From Shigella phage Silverhawkium, in sequence record MK562505: a stretch of DNA of 64,000 bases, one strand, 5' to 3'. A model generated the notes under the pieces. It was given only the letters and a program-made list of their open reading frames with translations. It did no database searches and was not told the origin of the DNA. The position numbers and the translations under genes were made by a program. Of this stretch, positions 19,520 through 28,531 are shown in pieces; position 1 is the first letter of the stretch, and the number at the start of each line of letters is the position of its first letter.

Positions 19520-19548
19520 TGGGAGTACAATCTTACACACTTCATACT
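19520..19548 (-). promoter_or_regulatory. sigma70-like promoter (-35 TTGACA, 17-nt spacer, -10 TAAGAT) upstream of the SSB-like gene
   Basis: read on the minus strand. Confidence 0.45.
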
Positions 19549-19563
19549 CCCTTGTCAAACCTT

Positions 19564-19701
19564 TTAAGCAGCTTTTTTAGCAGCTTTGCGAGCAGTCTTA
19601 CCTGTACGTACCCGCTTCATTTCATAGTGAGAAGCAGACTTACCAGCAGTTGCTTTCATGGAATCGCCAAATACTGCTTCAAAAGCTTTAGAATGTTTCA
19701 T
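19564..19701 (-). CDS. small basic protein (45 aa), absent from the ORF track
   Basis: hand translation MKHSKAFEAVFGDSMKATAGKSASHYEMKRVRTGKTARKAAKKAA. Confidence 0.3.
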   Translation of the reverse strand: MKHSKAFEAVFGDSMKATAGKSASHYEMKRVRTGKTARKAAKKAA

Positions 19702-19991
19702 TTTATTCTCCGATGTATTTCATACTCAAAAGTGTTGTTTGTCAAGGTAAAGAAGTAAATTGTTTCAAGCTCATCTATTATTAGTGCAAAGACCTCAACA
19801 CCATCTCTGCTACGATGTTCATGTTTTACTTCATGTCCCTTGTTGATGAGTACTTTAGCGAACTCTTCAATCTTAGTCAAGCACTCTTTTACAAATTTAT
19901 TGCTACTTTCTTGAGAGTGGAAGGGTGTAAACCCCTCCTTGATATAACTATCAGTCAGTTTCAAACGGGCAGTCATCTTCATCTTCCCCAA
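19698..19991 (-). CDS. hypothetical protein (97 aa)
   Basis: ORF overlapping the primase-helicase 3' end. Confidence 0.4.
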   Translation of the reverse strand: MGKMKMTARLKLTDSYIKEGFTPFHSQESSNKFVKECLTKIEEFAKVLINKGHEVKHEHRSRDGVEVFALIIDELETIYFFTLTNNTFEYEIHRRIK

Positions 19992-21936
19992 TTACAGGTG
20001 GAATTGTAGAGCTTTGACGCTGTTCTTCTGTGTAAACTTCACCAGTGGATTTGTCAAAGTCAACATCATCATATTGTGGCATAGAGTCGTCGTAGTGGTC
20101 TTCTGGTTCACCGATGCCATACTGCTGCCGGATGTTTTCTGCTGCACCATCTATATCAACACCACAACCAGCAGCCTTAATCAGACGTCCTGTTTCTGGA
20201 TTATACCAAGTGTGACCAGCGATACCAGTCGATTTACCATGACGACGGCACTTTGTTAACTTGATTTTAGTCAAGTTTTTCTTAACAGGGTCTGGGTCAA
20301 CCTTGTTACGCATCAACAAAATGTTGTTCATAGAAATCTGGAAGTATGCACCAGAACCCTTGATATCCTCTTCAGAAATATCACCACCTTCTGAGTTAGC
20401 TTTCTGACCACCTGCACTCTTACGAACGTGACATACGTTTACCTGAGCATACTGATAACGTTTGCAACGACGCAATAGTTCAGATAGAACTTCCTCTTCA
20501 TCTGTATCAGAGCGTGACAATGCCAGTGTAATAGGGTCAAGGATGATAATCTTACAATCTAGACTGTTAACAAGGTAGTCAACAAACTCTAGCAAGTTAT
20601 CTTGGTCAATAGCCCCTTGGTGGTCAACGATATGAATACGACGACCTTTCGACAATTCTGCGTGAGCAGTCTTAATCTCATCCCAATTACGCTCATCATA
20701 AGGAATCTCTGAAATCTGCTTACTCAGGTGGATTGCACAGAGCATCTCCATGAGTTCTTCGTAAGTGTCTTCCACTGGAATTACACCAATATTATATTCA
20801 GTGTCTTTCCAAGCTGTGTAAATCATCTCACGAGTATATGCAGACTTACCTACAGATGATGGTGCAGCTAACGTAGTAATCTCACCTAATCCATAACCAC
20901 CATAAGTCAGTTTGTTCAAATCCCCAAAAGATTCTGGGAATGGAATCAAAGGAATCTGACCACGATTCTTCATTGCTTCAAAGCCATCTGCAAAGTTCTT
21001 AATACCAGCAGGGCAATAACGAGGCGCATTGTAGATTCTTTGCTTAAATCCTTCTAAGACTGTTTCTTTATCTTTGAAGAATTTAGTCCACCACTCACTT
21101 AAGTCTTTAATACCTTCAGGGTACTGGAACAGACGAACCTTTTCAATTGGCAGTATACCAGCAGCTTCCTTAGTTACTTTCGCACCCGCTTCATCATTAT
21201 CAAAGCAAAGGTAAATCTCATCAAAAGATGTGATGTACTGATAATTCTCTTTGATTGATTTAACGTTTGCACCAGATGGGACAGATACATGGCAGTAATT
21301 TTTTCTGCGTGACTTATCCTTAATTGCTAAAGAAGTCATGTAGACTGCTGTAGCGCACTCCATCTCACCTTCCCAGATGAATAGGCGATTACCACCTTCA
21401 GGGGCAATCCATGAACCAAACATTGCAAGTTCACCTTTAATATCACCTACACCACCTGAGAAATCTTTTAACTTGCCACGAAGTTGCTCTTTTGGATGGT
21501 CATCAGGGTATTTGTGACGTACACGATAGCCAACATGCTTAAGCTTACCATCTTCATCTTTCTTATATGTTGGGTAAAAGTGAGCATCAATATCTCCATT
21601 TTCATCAACATCAACCTTGATTCCAAGACGCTCAAGAACCTTCGCAGGAATCTTTCTGTCTTTTAAGTCCAGTGCTTCCAGATTGTCTTTAACGTCATCT
21701 AAATCCATACCACGAAACTTACGATTCTTATTATCCGAACCTGTAGACATAGTGCTCACAATTTGACCCTTATCAAAATCCCACTCTGGAAAACCTTTAT
21801 TGCAACTGAAGCAAGTCATTGAATATGAATCGTCATCATGGTGATAGATTGAACCTGCATCAGACGAACCACACTTTGGACAAGCACAATGACCTACAAA
21901 CTGACCAGCCTCTTTTAATTTTCTAGTTTTAGCCAT
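19951..21936 (-). CDS. bifunctional DNA primase-helicase (T7 gp4-like)
   Basis: N-terminal Cys4 zinc ribbon (CACPKCGS...CFSCNKG), central TOPRIM region, C-terminal DnaB-type Walker A (APSSVGKSAYT). Confidence 0.85.
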   Translation of the reverse strand: MAKTRKLKEAGQFVGHCACPKCGSSDAGSIYHHDDDSYSMTCFSCNKGFPEWDFDKGQIVSTMSTGSDNKNRKFRGMDLDDVKDNLEALDLKDRKIPAKVLERLGIKVDVDENGDIDAHFYPTYKKDEDGKLKHVGYRVRHKYPDDHPKEQLRGKLKDFSGGVGDIKGELAMFGSWIAPEGGNRLFIWEGEMECATAVYMTSLAIKDKSRRKNYCHVSVPSGANVKSIKENYQYITSFDEIYLCFDNDEAGAKVTKEAAGILPIEKVRLFQYPEGIKDLSEWWTKFFKDKETVLEGFKQRIYNAPRYCPAGIKNFADGFEAMKNRGQIPLIPFPESFGDLNKLTYGGYGLGEITTLAAPSSVGKSAYTREMIYTAWKDTEYNIGVIPVEDTYEELMEMLCAIHLSKQISEIPYDERNWDEIKTAHAELSKGRRIHIVDHQGAIDQDNLLEFVDYLVNSLDCKIIILDPITLALSRSDTDEEEVLSELLRRCKRYQYAQVNVCHVRKSAGGQKANSEGGDISEEDIKGSGAYFQISMNNILLMRNKVDPDPVKKNLTKIKLTKCRRHGKSTGIAGHTWYNPETGRLIKAAGCGVDIDGAAENIRQQYGIGEPEDHYDDSMPQYDDVDFDKSTGEVYTEEQRQSSTIPPVIGEDEDDCPFETD

Positions 21937-22144
21937 TCACACCTCTCCGACGCAATTCTGATTTAAGACCATTTTCAATCTTATCTAATTCGTGAATTTC
22001 TTCTGCAATCTCTTTCCGACGAGAAGCGACCCTCTCAAGTCGCTCCATCATAACTTCTTTAGAAAGAGATGAGAGTTCTACACTACGGTGGTCAATAACT
22101 TTCAGATTATTATCTCTCATCTTAATTCTCTTTTCAAAGGCCAA
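21929..22144 (-). CDS. hypothetical protein (71 aa)
   Basis: ORF in operon. Confidence 0.4.
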   Translation of the reverse strand: MAFEKRIKMRDNNLKVIDHRSVELSSLSKEVMMERLERVASRRKEIAEEIHELDKIENGLKSELRRRGVNG

Positions 22145-22874
22145 TAATGGCTGTTAGTTTACCTTTAAGCTCATCCAGAGTCCCGTTATTTTGAATGATA
22201 TCACGACCAAAGTTTGTTGAGATGCCCTTCTCAGAAGAATGAGATGCAACCTGTGTAGCATTACTTCTCTTCACCTCAATGATTTGACTGTCATAACTTT
22301 GAAGGAACTCAGCCTCAATGTCAAATCGTAAGTCACAAATCAACATAACTGGTGTGTGACCTGCCTTATCACACTCTCCGTAGAACTTCTCCATTCTCTC
22401 TGCTAAATCAACAATCCAGAATCGCTCACCCAGAGTTTTTCTCACAACCTCACTGCCCCAAACCTGCTGAATTTGACGTGAAGAGATATAGTAGTCATTT
22501 CTCAAACCAAGTCGAGTCTTGATAGTTGGCTTCCCAACTTTCTTTAACTCTTTGATAAGCTTGTCAGCGATTTCACCACAAAGTTTAGAGTCTTCGTGAA
22601 TCTTTTTGCCTTTCATGTGCCTCTGGAAAGCCCAAGTGACGCGAGACTCAATATTATCAAAGTCGAGATTGAACTTCTGAGGCATCTCTTTGGTTTCCCC
22701 ATAAAGGTCTTGCCAGTTAAGGTCGAAGATTGTTCCAGCAGTGGCTTTCAGATTGTCTGCGAATGCAAAGACTTTAACAGCGTAACCTTCATCAATCAAG
22801 ATGTTTTTTACAATAGTACATGAAGTGTCTTTACCAGAACGTGCCTTACCAGTGAATGCAATAATATCTTTCAT
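22134..22874 (-). CDS. deoxynucleoside monophosphate kinase (T4 gp1-like)
   Basis: N-terminus MKDIIAFTGKARSGKDT mirrors the T4 dNMP kinase P-loop start. Confidence 0.75.
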   Translation of the reverse strand: MKDIIAFTGKARSGKDTSCTIVKNILIDEGYAVKVFAFADNLKATAGTIFDLNWQDLYGETKEMPQKFNLDFDNIESRVTWAFQRHMKGKKIHEDSKLCGEIADKLIKELKKVGKPTIKTRLGLRNDYYISSRQIQQVWGSEVVRKTLGERFWIVDLAERMEKFYGECDKAGHTPVMLICDLRFDIEAEFLQSYDSQIIEVKRSNATQVASHSSEKGISTNFGRDIIQNNGTLDELKGKLTAIIGL

Positions 22875-22930
22875 AATAACCTCTCAATAATAAAAAGCCC
22901 CCAATTAAGGAGGCTTGGGAAAACTAATGA

Positions 22931-23734
22931 TTACTGCTCAGTAGCTTGTGAGTTTTCACGTTCAGCCATTGCATCAAGCTGTTCACAGAACTCTTCACCA
23001 AAAGTAATTGCAATCTTTTCACGTACAATTGCTGCACCTGTCTGGGTGAACACTTCATAAAGCGCACCTACACTTGCACCTCCAGACATTTCTTCTACAA
23101 AGCTTGGTTCAGCATCGAGAATTTTTGATACCTCTAAAAGAGCATGGATACCCATCACACTAATCACAGCAGACAGGATTGACGTCAGTTTAATCTGACT
23201 AGTATCAATACCTGCTACAGACTCTGACGCTGCAACTTGCTCAAGTTTCTGCACTGAAGACTTAGCATACTCTTTAGCAACATCAGAGATGGCATCATAC
23301 CCCCAATCCAGCTTTTGATAGCGAGGTGAATGGTCATTCATGCGTTTCTCAAGAGAGGCCATCACAGCAGCAACTGGTGCTACAGTGGCATTTACCAGTT
23401 CTTCTTCGCTCATCTTGTCAAGCTCTTTTAAACCAGCCTCTGTGATTGCATTGTAACCACCTGCATACATCTCATTAAAGATGTACTCAGCAAAAGTGTC
23501 AAGGCCAATTACAATGGACTGTAAAGCGGCTTTACGATTGTCAAGCAAGAACTTAACCTCGTTTCGGAATTTCTCATCAGAGTCTACACCAGCCCCATCT
23601 GGACGGAGTGAGTCTGGGATTACTTTTCCAGACAGTGAATTACTACGCATAACTACAGCAAGTGTCTCCACTGTGTTAAGCAGGAAGTTCTCATTGATAC
23701 CTTTTTCAAGCAACACTTCATTTACAGTTTTCAT
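22931..23734 (-). CDS. hypothetical protein (267 aa); first 37 codons lie in a duplicated segment
   Basis: ORF; no recognisable motif. Confidence 0.45.
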   Translation of the reverse strand: MKTVNEVLLEKGINENFLLNTVETLAVVMRSNSLSGKVIPDSLRPDGAGVDSDEKFRNEVKFLLDNRKAALQSIVIGLDTFAEYIFNEMYAGGYNAITEAGLKELDKMSEEELVNATVAPVAAVMASLEKRMNDHSPRYQKLDWGYDAISDVAKEYAKSSVQKLEQVAASESVAGIDTSQIKLTSILSAVISVMGIHALLEVSKILDAEPSFVEEMSGGASVGALYEVFTQTGAAIVREKIAITFGEEFCEQLDAMAERENSQATEQ

Positions 23735-23877
23735 TTTTAATCTCTCTCATTTTTCCAGACAGTGAATTACTACGCATAACTACAGCAAGTGTCTCCACTG
23801 TGTTAAGCAGGAAGTTCTCATTGATACCTTTTTCAAGCAACACTTCATTTACAGTTTTCATTTTTAATCTCTCTCAT
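23624..23877. repeat. perfect 127-bp direct tandem duplication (23624-23750 and 23751-23877)
   Basis: base-by-base identity of the two copies; covers the 3' end of the upstream gene and the RBS/start plus 37 codons of the downstream gene. Confidence 0.9.
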
Positions 23878-24285
23878 TTTGTTAATAGTAAGTCGTGATA
23901 ATCTTAAACCTTCCTGTGAAGAGAAGTCAAGTCCTTTTTCAGACCTTGGGAAGTAATGCCTATCCCAAGTACTCTCTGCATCTTGAAGAAGTGTTGCTAG
24001 ACTAACTAAGTCTGTTCCGTTTTGCAACTTCTTTTTTAAGGTGTCTATCAAAAATGTTGTATCTTTTGCTTTACGCCTCTCAGAAGAAATCTCCTTCATA
24101 TGCTCAAAGACTGAGCACTTCATTTCTTCGTCATATCCTTCAGACAACTCTATCTCGTGCTGAACATCAACCATACGACGATGTTGATAAGCGTACTCCT
24201 TCTGTGATTCTAAGTCAAGCTTTTCGATTTTCTCTAGAGCCTCAATGAAATTCAAGATATCTGGGTGAACGTACATCCTCTGCAT
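23845..24285 (-). CDS. hypothetical protein (146 aa)
   Basis: first gene of the minus-strand operon next to the divergent promoter region. Confidence 0.45.
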   Translation of the reverse strand: MQRMYVHPDILNFIEALEKIEKLDLESQKEYAYQHRRMVDVQHEIELSEGYDEEMKCSVFEHMKEISSERRKAKDTTFLIDTLKKKLQNGTDLVSLATLLQDAESTWDRHYFPRSEKGLDFSSQEGLRLSRLTINKMREIKNENCK

Positions 24286-24376
24286 GATTGCCTCTGTTAA
24301 GTTTCTATAAAGAGTTTAATCTCTTATCTTTACGTATTCTATACGTATACTTTAAAGCTTTTAAAAGGCTATTAAA

Positions 24377-24434
24377 AGTCTTTTAAGGGTTTTAAAGAAT
24401 CTGTATAGTAAGTCTGTAAAGGGAGTCTATTAAG
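24377..24434. repeat. three direct repeats AGTCT-N-T-N-AAG in the divergent intergenic region
   Basis: agtcttttaag (24377-24387), agtctgtaaag (24411-24421), agtctattaag (24424-24434) in an AT-rich region. Confidence 0.5.
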
Positions 24435-24452
24435 ATAAAACCCACTTCGAAA

Positions 24453-24482
24453 AGATTAACACCTTGTCAAGTGCTTTGTCAA
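24453..24482 (-). promoter_or_regulatory. candidate leftward sigma70-like promoter (-35 TTGACA, -10 TAATCT)
   Basis: two tandem minus-strand TTGACA hexamers at 24465-24482. Confidence 0.3.
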
Positions 24483-24543
24483 CTTGCTTTTTCAAAAAAA
24501 GTAGAGTAGTGTATTAACCAGACTGATTTGAGAGGGAGTTAAA

Positions 24544-27243
24544 ATGGAAAATGTAGATTTTGAAAACTTGCATTTAGTTGGTGATACAGAAACTGATGGG
24601 TTGTTGCTTGAGTTCACAAAAGCTCACGTTATGGCCTTTGCAGATTACAAAGATGACAGTGACGAACCTCCTGTTTGGGTATTCACTGATGAACCTATCC
24701 TTGGTCACAAGTATACCAAATACATTAAAGGTGGCTTACGAGAAGGGGTTGAGTTTGCTTTAAAGGCAAAAAGACTTTGCATCCACAATGGTCTGGGTTA
24801 TGACTGGTGGGTGTTTAACCACATTGCACCTGATTTATGGAACTTTGATAATCCAAAGTGTAAACCTTGGGGTGATTTCTTCCAAGACTCACTTATTCAG
24901 TCTCGCGTTCAGTGGATGGATAGGCCAACACCAAAAGGCTACAAAGGTGCTCACGGATTGGCTGCGTGGGGTGCTCGTGTTGGTGTTCGTAAACCTGAGA
25001 TTGAAGAGTGGGGTGTATGGAATGCAGAAATCCTTAACCGTGTTGTTGAAGATATCCGCATTAACGCCAAAGCAAAAAGGGCTATGGATAATGAGTATCT
25101 AAAACTGAAGAAGTGTGGTGTTGATACTTATGAAACATACATGAGAGCCAAGGAAACATCTTTTTGGATGAGTCAGCAAGCAATCAATGGTTGGAAAGCT
25201 GATATCAACAAAATGAAAAGTTGTATCAAAGAGTTGGATAAGATGACTTCTGACTTAGCTTCTGAGGTAGAACCATTCTTACCACCAACTATCAAAACAA
25301 AAGGTAAAGTTACTGGTGAAGAATTTGCCAAGTCATGGAATGAGTACGTAGAGACATTTGGTGGTGCAGATGGTTTGAAGAGAATCACAAAGTACCCTAA
25401 GACAAAATATCGTCAGCAGGTTCGTAATGGTGAGATGCAAAGTTACCCTATCAAGCCATATGGAAAACCAACTACAAAGATTTTCAGCATTGAAAAAAGA
25501 AATTGCTACACTCCAACTAACACCGTTACTGGAGAAGAGTACAAAGAAGGTTTTGTAGCGATGAAAGATGCTCGTGCAGTTTGCAATGAGTTAAATGCTA
25601 AAGTGGATAAGAAGTGCAAAGATTGGAAGCCAGTTAAGACGGTGAAGATTGTGAAGTACTACAACAACCATGTAGTTAATCACTTTGGTCTTGAATCAAG
25701 TCGATACACAGGGTTGATTGATGCACCGTATACACCTATTGAGTTTGAAGTGTCACGAATGACTCAGGTGGCTGTTGTTAAGGATTACTTGAAGACTTTA
25801 GGTTGGATTCCTGATGATTGGAATTACAAGAAGGATTCAGATGGTCGTCCTGTGAAAGTTTGTCGATTCAAAGACAATAAGAAAATGATTCGCAAGCACC
25901 CAAAATGGGATGAAATGGTTGAGCGTTGTGGATTGAACTATGTTGAGCACGAAGGTATTCAGTACATTGAGCATAACTGGTCTGTCAAAAAGTACACAGA
26001 CTTGCTTGAGCCTTGCTTGATTCGTACTTCACCAAAACTGACTGAATCATCTTATGACACCATTGAAGGTGAACTTGGACAGAAGATTGCGAAGTACTAT
26101 ACTTTGATGCACCGACGTAGAACTATTGAGAACTCAAAAGATGATGAAAAGGGCTGGTTGAACCAGATTCGTCCAGATGGTCGTTTGAGTGCTGGTGCAA
26201 TGGTGTTTGGTACATCTACTGGACGTATGACGCAGTATGGTATTGTAAACGTACCTTCTGGTGCTGCCGTTTATGGGGAACCAATGAGGGCAGTTTGGAT
26301 TTGTGAAGAAGGGACAAACGTAGTCTCTGTAGATATGAACTCTGCACAGCTTGTTCTTCTTTGTAACTTTATGGGTGATAAGGATTTCACAAAGGCTGTA
26401 ACTGAAGGTAAAGAAGAGATTGAGTTTGTTCGTCAAGAAGATGGTCGTTACTATTGCAAACACTTTGATGAATACTTGAACCCTGAAGTTGACAAGTATC
26501 TTCGTTATGACCATGAAAATGACCTGTATGTAGTTTACTCAGGTACTGATGCTCATACACTGAACAGTATCTACTTTAGTTTGAATGATGAGCAGGATAT
26601 CTTGACTTGTCGTATGACTCAGGATGAAAATCTTCTTCACGAAATTAGTAAGGGTCGTAAGAAAGCTAAGAATGGTATCTATGCACTGTTGTTCGGTGCA
26701 GGTGATGAAAAGTTTGCTAAGACCATTAAAGCAGCTACCACTCAGGAAGGTGCATTAACTAAACAGACTTACTTTGTGCGTTTGCCGAAGATTAAGAAAC
26801 TGTTAGACAACTTAGAAGCCGACTTTAAAGCTACTAAGAAAGCACTGGAAGAGGTGTTTGGTAAAACTGCTGCTATCGCTAAAGGTGGTTTTGTTAAGGT
26901 TGCTGGTGCTTGGTTGTGGTGTAAATCTCCACATAAACTTTTGAACTATCTGTTGATGGGTTCAGAAGCACAAGTACAGAATGAAGCAATCAACCTTGCT
27001 TGTCGTCGTATGATTGATGAAGGGTTAATGAAACTGAATGGTCGTAAACCAGCTATTGGTGCTCGCCTACTCTGTGCTTACCACGATGAAACAAGCTGGG
27101 AATGTCCAGAGAGCATGACAGCAGAAGTCAAAGCAGTAACTGACTGGTACTACGGGCAAGCTTCTAAGAACTTAGGTCTTAAAAAAGATACCCTTGTAAC
27201 TGGTGCTGGTAAGGTTGGTAAAAGCTGGCTGGAAGTTCACTAA
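24544..27243 (+). CDS. DNA polymerase, family A, with 3'-5' exonuclease domain
   Basis: 899 aa; exo motif LVGDTETDGL; motif A-like VDMNSAQLV, motif B-like KNGIYALLFGAG, motif C-like YHDE; GAGGGAG RBS. Confidence 0.9.
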   Translation: MENVDFENLHLVGDTETDGLLLEFTKAHVMAFADYKDDSDEPPVWVFTDEPILGHKYTKYIKGGLREGVEFALKAKRLCIHNGLGYDWWVFNHIAPDLWNFDNPKCKPWGDFFQDSLIQSRVQWMDRPTPKGYKGAHGLAAWGARVGVRKPEIEEWGVWNAEILNRVVEDIRINAKAKRAMDNEYLKLKKCGVDTYETYMRAKETSFWMSQQAINGWKADINKMKSCIKELDKMTSDLASEVEPFLPPTIKTKGKVTGEEFAKSWNEYVETFGGADGLKRITKYPKTKYRQQVRNGEMQSYPIKPYGKPTTKIFSIEKRNCYTPTNTVTGEEYKEGFVAMKDARAVCNELNAKVDKKCKDWKPVKTVKIVKYYNNHVVNHFGLESSRYTGLIDAPYTPIEFEVSRMTQVAVVKDYLKTLGWIPDDWNYKKDSDGRPVKVCRFKDNKKMIRKHPKWDEMVERCGLNYVEHEGIQYIEHNWSVKKYTDLLEPCLIRTSPKLTESSYDTIEGELGQKIAKYYTLMHRRRTIENSKDDEKGWLNQIRPDGRLSAGAMVFGTSTGRMTQYGIVNVPSGAAVYGEPMRAVWICEEGTNVVSVDMNSAQLVLLCNFMGDKDFTKAVTEGKEEIEFVRQEDGRYYCKHFDEYLNPEVDKYLRYDHENDLYVVYSGTDAHTLNSIYFSLNDEQDILTCRMTQDENLLHEISKGRKKAKNGIYALLFGAGDEKFAKTIKAATTQEGALTKQTYFVRLPKIKKLLDNLEADFKATKKALEEVFGKTAAIAKGGFVKVAGAWLWCKSPHKLLNYLLMGSEAQVQNEAINLACRRMIDEGLMKLNGRKPAIGARLLCAYHDETSWECPESMTAEVKAVTDWYYGQASKNLGLKKDTLVTGAGKVGKSWLEVH

Positions 27244-27303
27244 TAGTGTTGACAAGGTGCTCATGGAAGAGTACCTTATACTATATCTTGTATAGGAGGT
27301 CAT

Positions 27304-27522
27304 ATGACACTTTCAGAGATTGAAGTACAATTGCAGTGTGCAGGTTATTCTCAAAAAGAGATTGAAGGTATGTTTATTGCTCTTTGCAGTGGTTCTAGAA
27401 ATTTGAAGGTAAACCCTGAAGTTCTGCGTAAAGTAGATATCTTTATTGCTGGTGGGAAAATTGCAAAAGATAAGACAGGCTACTTAAAAGGTGAGCACGT
27501 AGATATTGAGAGTTTACTATGA
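27304..27522 (+). CDS. hypothetical protein (72 aa)
   Basis: ORF with AGGAGG RBS. Confidence 0.4.
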   Translation: MTLSEIEVQLQCAGYSQKEIEGMFIALCSGSRNLKVNPEVLRKVDIFIAGGKIAKDKTGYLKGEHVDIESLL

Positions 27523-27728
27523 GCCACCGTGGAAGAACACATCTGGCAATGATGAAAGATGCTTCAAAGGAGACTATTAAGAACCGTAAGCAGAAGTTGT
27601 TTGAGAGGATGAACAGACTCATTGATAACACTTCTCTTTCTGGTAGTGAGAAGGTTTTCTTGAAAGGGAATCTGAAAAGTATTGCACAGGAACTTATTGA
27701 CATTGAATTTTGGAGACACCAAAAATGA
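27519..27728 (+). CDS. hypothetical protein (69 aa)
   Basis: translationally coupled ORF. Confidence 0.4.
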   Translation: MSHRGRTHLAMMKDASKETIKNRKQKLFERMNRLIDNTSLSGSEKVFLKGNLKSIAQELIDIEFWRHQK

Positions 27729-27976
27729 GCAGTAGAGAAGAAGAAGCTTTAGCAATCTTCAAGAATGAAGACAAATCAATAGCTTTTGTCTCAGAGGCTT
27801 GGTGCAGAGGTTTGGGATATGATTGGTATCTTTTCTTATGCGCTAAGAAAGATGTTAAACCAGTTGATGAAACCCGATTCAAAGAACTGTATAATATCTG
27901 CCAAGAGGGTTATGAAGAACATTACAAAGGTTCTTTGAATCCTGTAAATTCAAAAGCTTCAGATTTATTTTATTGA
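27725..27976 (+). CDS. hypothetical protein (about 83 aa)
   Basis: start set at MSSREEE. Confidence 0.4.
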   Translation: MSSREEEALAIFKNEDKSIAFVSEAWCRGLGYDWYLFLCAKKDVKPVDETRFKELYNICQEGYEEHYKGSLNPVNSKASDLFY

Positions 27977-27986
27977 GAGGTTTAAA

Positions 27987-28232
27987 ATGTTAAAATTATT
28001 GATACCAGCTTTAGCAGTCATACTGGTTGGGTGCAACCCTTCTTATGAGAATAAGGATGCTTCTTACAGACTTCCTCCAGAAATGCAAGACTGCAAGATT
28101 TATAAACTTAATGGTGATGCCATTAGCAGGGATGTTATTGTAGTTCGCTGCCCAAATTCTCAGACTACAACTTCTTACAAGTATGGAAAGAATAGTCAGT
28201 CACACACTACAGTTTTTGATGGAGGATATTGA
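27987..28232 (+). CDS. putative lipoprotein
   Basis: 81 aa; signal peptide ending in lipobox LVGC (MLKLLIPALAVILVGC). Confidence 0.5.
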   Translation: MLKLLIPALAVILVGCNPSYENKDASYRLPPEMQDCKIYKLNGDAISRDVIVVRCPNSQTTTSYKYGKNSQSHTTVFDGGY

Positions 28233-28233
28233 T

Positions 28234-28437
28234 ATGCAGGTTCTGGTAAACTTTATCTATAAGTATGAAAACATCTTCAGCACTATGACTGAAGGTCAAC
28301 GCAATCCAGTTATCCCACGAGAAGGGGATACTGTTGAGATTAATGATTGGAACCACAGAGTTGCAGGGGTCAAGCATAAACTTAAAGATGATTATGACCA
28401 CCAAGTTGTAAATGTGTATTTAGAAGGTAAGTGGTAA
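28234..28437 (+). CDS. hypothetical protein (67 aa)
   Basis: ATG 1 nt after the lipoprotein stop, GGAGG RBS. Confidence 0.4.
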   Translation: MQVLVNFIYKYENIFSTMTEGQRNPVIPREGDTVEINDWNHRVAGVKHKLKDDYDHQVVNVYLEGKW

Positions 28438-28531
28438 TGAGAATCTTACATATCATCTCTGAAGATTTTGGAGGGTGCTCTTGGCACTCATTTTTCACAA
28501 AAGGTTGTCTAGCTTGTGAGGCACGTAATAA

